Part shown: positions 61,126 to 64,000 of the stretch, piece by piece
Layout: every line of letters starts with the position of its first letter
How positions within the stretch are numbered: position 1 is the first letter of the stretch
Source: an uncultured SAR86 cluster bacterium
GTDB taxonomy: Bacteria; Pseudomonadota; Gammaproteobacteria; Magnimaribacterales; D2472
NCBI GenBank assembly: GCA_902630885.1
Contig: CACOWI010000007.1
Span: 6,787-70,786 of the forward strand
Direction: 5' to 3'
Length of the DNA stretch: 64,000 nt
The notes under the pieces: generated by a model
Databases searched by the model: none
What the model was told of the DNA's origin: nothing
Seen by the model: the letters and a program-made list of their open reading frames with translations, nothing else
Position numbers and translations under genes: made by a program

Positions 61126-62275
61126 TATTAAATCCAATTTTGATTTGACCATTTATTTTATTTTCATTATTTAATATGTCCTCATTAAGGATCTCAATAT
61201 TGAAGCTTGTTGCTGAATTTTTTAATAAGCGATACTGTAACTCCGGTAAATTAATAAAAGATAAAGTAGCCTCATTTGAATTAAAATCGATTTGAACATT
61301 ATTTAAAAAGTCGTCACCTATTGATACCAAAAACCCAAAATTTGAGAAATTTGATTTTATATCTTTGGCTTGAACCAAAGACGAAACTGATATTTGTTCT
61401 ACTAATTGATCCATTTGTATTTTCGGTGTCACAACCTTTTTTGTATTCTTATCTATCGTTTTAAAAATATTGAATGTTTCTGACTCATATATATTGATTT
61501 GTTTGTTATTTTGAGCAATAAACACATATGGTAGAGATAAACAGGATACTAATAACAAAATACATAAGTACATCTCTGTCTTAGAAAAACTCAATTTATT
61601 GAAGATATTTTTAATTGTAAATTTGAATTTAAATAAATTAGGCAAATCAGATTTCATATTTATTAAGAATTCAGGTACCTTAATATTCTTATTAATGTTA
61701 AAAGTTTGTAATTCTTTTATATTTTTATCTGAGAAAACATCTGGATTAAAATCTGGATGAGATGATTTTACTGTATCTAAATACTGTTTAAGAGAATCGT
61801 GGTCAATTGATCCACCAGTGCCATCTTTAAATGAAAACAAAAAATTATCATTAAATTCAGTGATGGTATCTTTGTCTGTTTTATTATTTAGAAAATAATC
61901 GGGTATTGCGATAACCTTACAATTTAACGAATTTAAAAGATTGTTAATTTTTTTGTAAAGTGATTTATCGATTACAAAGCCATTTTGATCAGAAATAAAA
62001 AATTCATTTTTAGAAATATCACTAACTATGTATGTGTCAATCTCAGATATGAAATTCGCTAAATTATTCTGCTTTGATAGATTTTTATTACTTTCGAAAA
62101 CATAATTTCCAATAATTGATGAGGGAATTAAATAAATAAATGTATCTTTATGTGTTAAAGATTGAAATTCATTAAAATCTAAAAATTTATTTGCTTTTTT
62201 AAAATTATCAGAACTTTGATGATAATTTCCGTTACTAAAATCTAGATTATTTGGATATGCAATAATTGTTTTCAT
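61118..62275 (-). CDS. gspL: Type II secretion protein L (divergent)
   Basis: Cytoplasmic domain with 'IPDY', single TM, position after gspK. Confidence 0.6.
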   Translation of the reverse strand: MKTIIAYPNNLDFSNGNYHQSSDNFKKANKFLDFNEFQSLTHKDTFIYLIPSSIIGNYVFESNKNLSKQNNLANFISEIDTYIVSDISKNEFFISDQNGFVIDKSLYKKINNLLNSLNCKVIAIPDYFLNNKTDKDTITEFNDNFLFSFKDGTGGSIDHDSLKQYLDTVKSSHPDFNPDVFSDKNIKELQTFNINKNIKVPEFLINMKSDLPNLFKFKFTIKNIFNKLSFSKTEMYLCILLLVSCLSLPYVFIAQNNKQINIYESETFNIFKTIDKNTKKVVTPKIQMDQLVEQISVSSLVQAKDIKSNFSNFGFLVSIGDDFLNNVQIDFNSNEATLSFINLPELQYRLLKNSATSFNIEILNEDILNNENKINGQIKIGFNNE

Positions 62276-63249
62276 TAGATTCCATTATAAATTCTTGAAA
62301 TAATAAAACCATTATTATTATTTTCATAAATTATTTTGCTTGAGGAAGAAGATGTAAATTCATTAAAAATGATCTCTGTATTGATTTCAAAAATATTTGA
62401 TAAAAATTTAAGCTCGCCATTTGGATCATTAAAATTTATATTCGGAAAACTCTTCATAAAACTATTTATGTCATCAAAACCAGATAAAGGAATGTTTTCA
62501 ATAATGTATTCAGCATCTTTGATAGGCAGATTTGGAAAAATAGAACTTAAAAGATATATATCCTCGAAGTCAAGAGTATTCGCATTAAGTGAGATTTTAT
62601 TTGCTTCAGGCATTGCGCAAAAATGCTTACTGAATATTTCCCAATTAACTTTCTTTACTGCAGGAAGGCTTTTTAATTCATCTACAGAAACCATTAACCT
62701 CATGCCTGTATATTCTCTTGGATTATGTAATGGACCAGAATAATAATAGTCTTCTAATCCATAAGCCCTTGGATTTGAATCTTTATCTATCCAATCTATG
62801 ACTTGATCAATAACTTCTTCAATTAAGTTATTATCAATTTCCTCTAAAAATAGTATTTTTCTTAATGCGGCTGAGGAATTTTTATTTTCTACATATTTAC
62901 CATCATTTAAGATAACTATTGAATTAATATTAAAACAATTACTTCCATCTGATATTTTTGTAATGACTTCTGCCCCATTTAAATTAAATACAAATGGTTC
63001 TTTTAAAATTGGATTATTTTTAGATAATTTATTTGAATTAAATCTCAATTCTGTTTCTATCTTATCTTGTGATAAAGATTCTAAATTCCTAAAAATATTT
63101 AAAGATAAAGTCTGAAATTCTATGTATTGAGCTCTCTTGAATGATAAAAAATATTTATTCCCAAATAATATTGCTACTGATGATAATAGTAAAACCATCA
63201 GGAGTATTGAAATGAGTACAACTCCCTTATTGCTTGAAGACATAATCAA
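62275..63249 (-). CDS. gspK: Type II secretion minor pseudopilin K
   Basis: 'KG|VVLISILL', 'CFNIN', 'IDWIDKD', 'GLED.YY'. Confidence 0.88.
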   Translation of the reverse strand: MIMSSSNKGVVLISILLMVLLLSSVAILFGNKYFLSFKRAQYIEFQTLSLNIFRNLESLSQDKIETELRFNSNKLSKNNPILKEPFVFNLNGAEVITKISDGSNCFNINSIVILNDGKYVENKNSSAALRKILFLEEIDNNLIEEVIDQVIDWIDKDSNPRAYGLEDYYYSGPLHNPREYTGMRLMVSVDELKSLPAVKKVNWEIFSKHFCAMPEANKISLNANTLDFEDIYLLSSIFPNLPIKDAEYIIENIPLSGFDDINSFMKSFPNINFNDPNGELKFLSNIFEINTEIIFNEFTSSSSSKIIYENNNNGFIISRIYNGI

Positions 63250-63820
63250 AATTTGGTTCTATGATCCATATATATTCTTTATCATTTTTTATAAACTCTA
63301 GCTTTATTAATTCAGGAATTTTTCTTTGTGTGATCGTATCGACAGGCCATTCTTGATACCACATTTTCTCATGCCAGAATTTTATATCTATTTCAGAAAC
63401 TTCTTCAATTAAAACTGATTTTATAAATTCATCAGCGTCATATGGATTGGAAGAGTAAAACTGTTTTCTTACTAAGTTATTTTCCTCAAGCACATATTCG
63501 ACTCTCTTTATGGGAGATGTTTCGTTAGATATTGATTTAATTTTAGTGTTAAAAGCAATCTTATTATCAATATTATTTCCAATAAATGTTCCTTTTATTT
63601 GATTTCCATAAAAATCTCTTAATGGCACATTAATTATTTGCCTAATATCTCTTCTTAAAGTTATTGATGAAAAATTTAATTTTCTTGCGGACTGTAGTCT
63701 TTCAGATGAGTTAAATTCAGTTTCTAAGGATGATTGAAGGATGTTGGATGAAATTACTGCAATCATTGAAAGAATTACTAATGAAACTAAAACTTCAATT
63801 AAAGTAAAGCCCTTACTCAT
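63227..63820 (-). CDS. gspJ: Type II secretion minor pseudopilin J
   Basis: Prepilin motif 'KG|FTLIEVLV', 'LRRDIRQ', 'W..EWP'. Confidence 0.88.
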   Translation of the reverse strand: MSKGFTLIEVLVSLVILSMIAVISSNILQSSLETEFNSSERLQSARKLNFSSITLRRDIRQIINVPLRDFYGNQIKGTFIGNNIDNKIAFNTKIKSISNETSPIKRVEYVLEENNLVRKQFYSSNPYDADEFIKSVLIEEVSEIDIKFWHEKMWYQEWPVDTITQRKIPELIKLEFIKNDKEYIWIIEPNFDYVFKQ

Positions 63821-64000
63821 TTTGTATAATATCCATTTATTGAGTAAATGTAGGAATCACTATCAAAACTTTTCACAGAAATTGTATATTCAAAAAATTC
63901 GTCATTTGAACTAATATTAATAGTCTCATCCCATTTCCATTTTTGGCCGCCCATAGTCATTTCACCACTTCTTTCAATTGGTCTTGAAGATTTTTCAATG
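63817..64000 (-). CDS. gspI: Type II secretion minor pseudopilin I, 3' part only
   Basis: Open frame '..SGEMTMGGQKWKW...INGYYTK*'; stop overlaps the gspJ ATG (ATGA). Confidence 0.7.
   Translation of the reverse strand, partial: IEKSSRPIERSGEMTMGGQKWKWDETINISSNDEFFEYTISVKSFDSDSYIYSINGYYTK

Overview
An AT-rich, gene-dense segment of a streamlined marine gammaproteobacterial chromosome. The serS-crcB-lolA-ftsK/trxB synteny, the GlnK-Amt and gspIJKLM genes, and the many TonB receptors and lipid hydrolases are consistent with SAR86; that assignment is an inference. The window is mostly nutrient-scavenging genes. These include lipid/ester hydrolases and two parallel modules of TonB-dependent receptor, terminator and TPR-sulfotransferase, each near a BCCT transporter. 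There is also a PhoD / OAR-type receptor / 2OG-oxygenase / nucleoside-transporter cluster, a sigma-54-type nitrogen locus (porin-glnK-amt, amt) and a phosphate locus (pit-porin-tetR-phytase, ppk2-ppx). One tRNA-Ser(TGA) is present. Three observations stand out. (1) The duplicated TBDR + TPR-sulfotransferase module has receptors that share an 8-Tyr, Cys-paired segment. (2) An integrase-less ~1 kb islet is bounded by a duplicated promoter and 5' half of tRNA-Ser that stops exactly at the anticodon loop. (3) A hairpin in the amt1 3' UTR has a loop complementary to the ribosome-binding site of the adjacent amt2. Several unannotated small membrane ORFs and a lone phage-type exonuclease were also seen. 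No CRISPR array, rRNA, integrase or transposase was seen. All product calls rest on motif recognition by eye, with no database searches.
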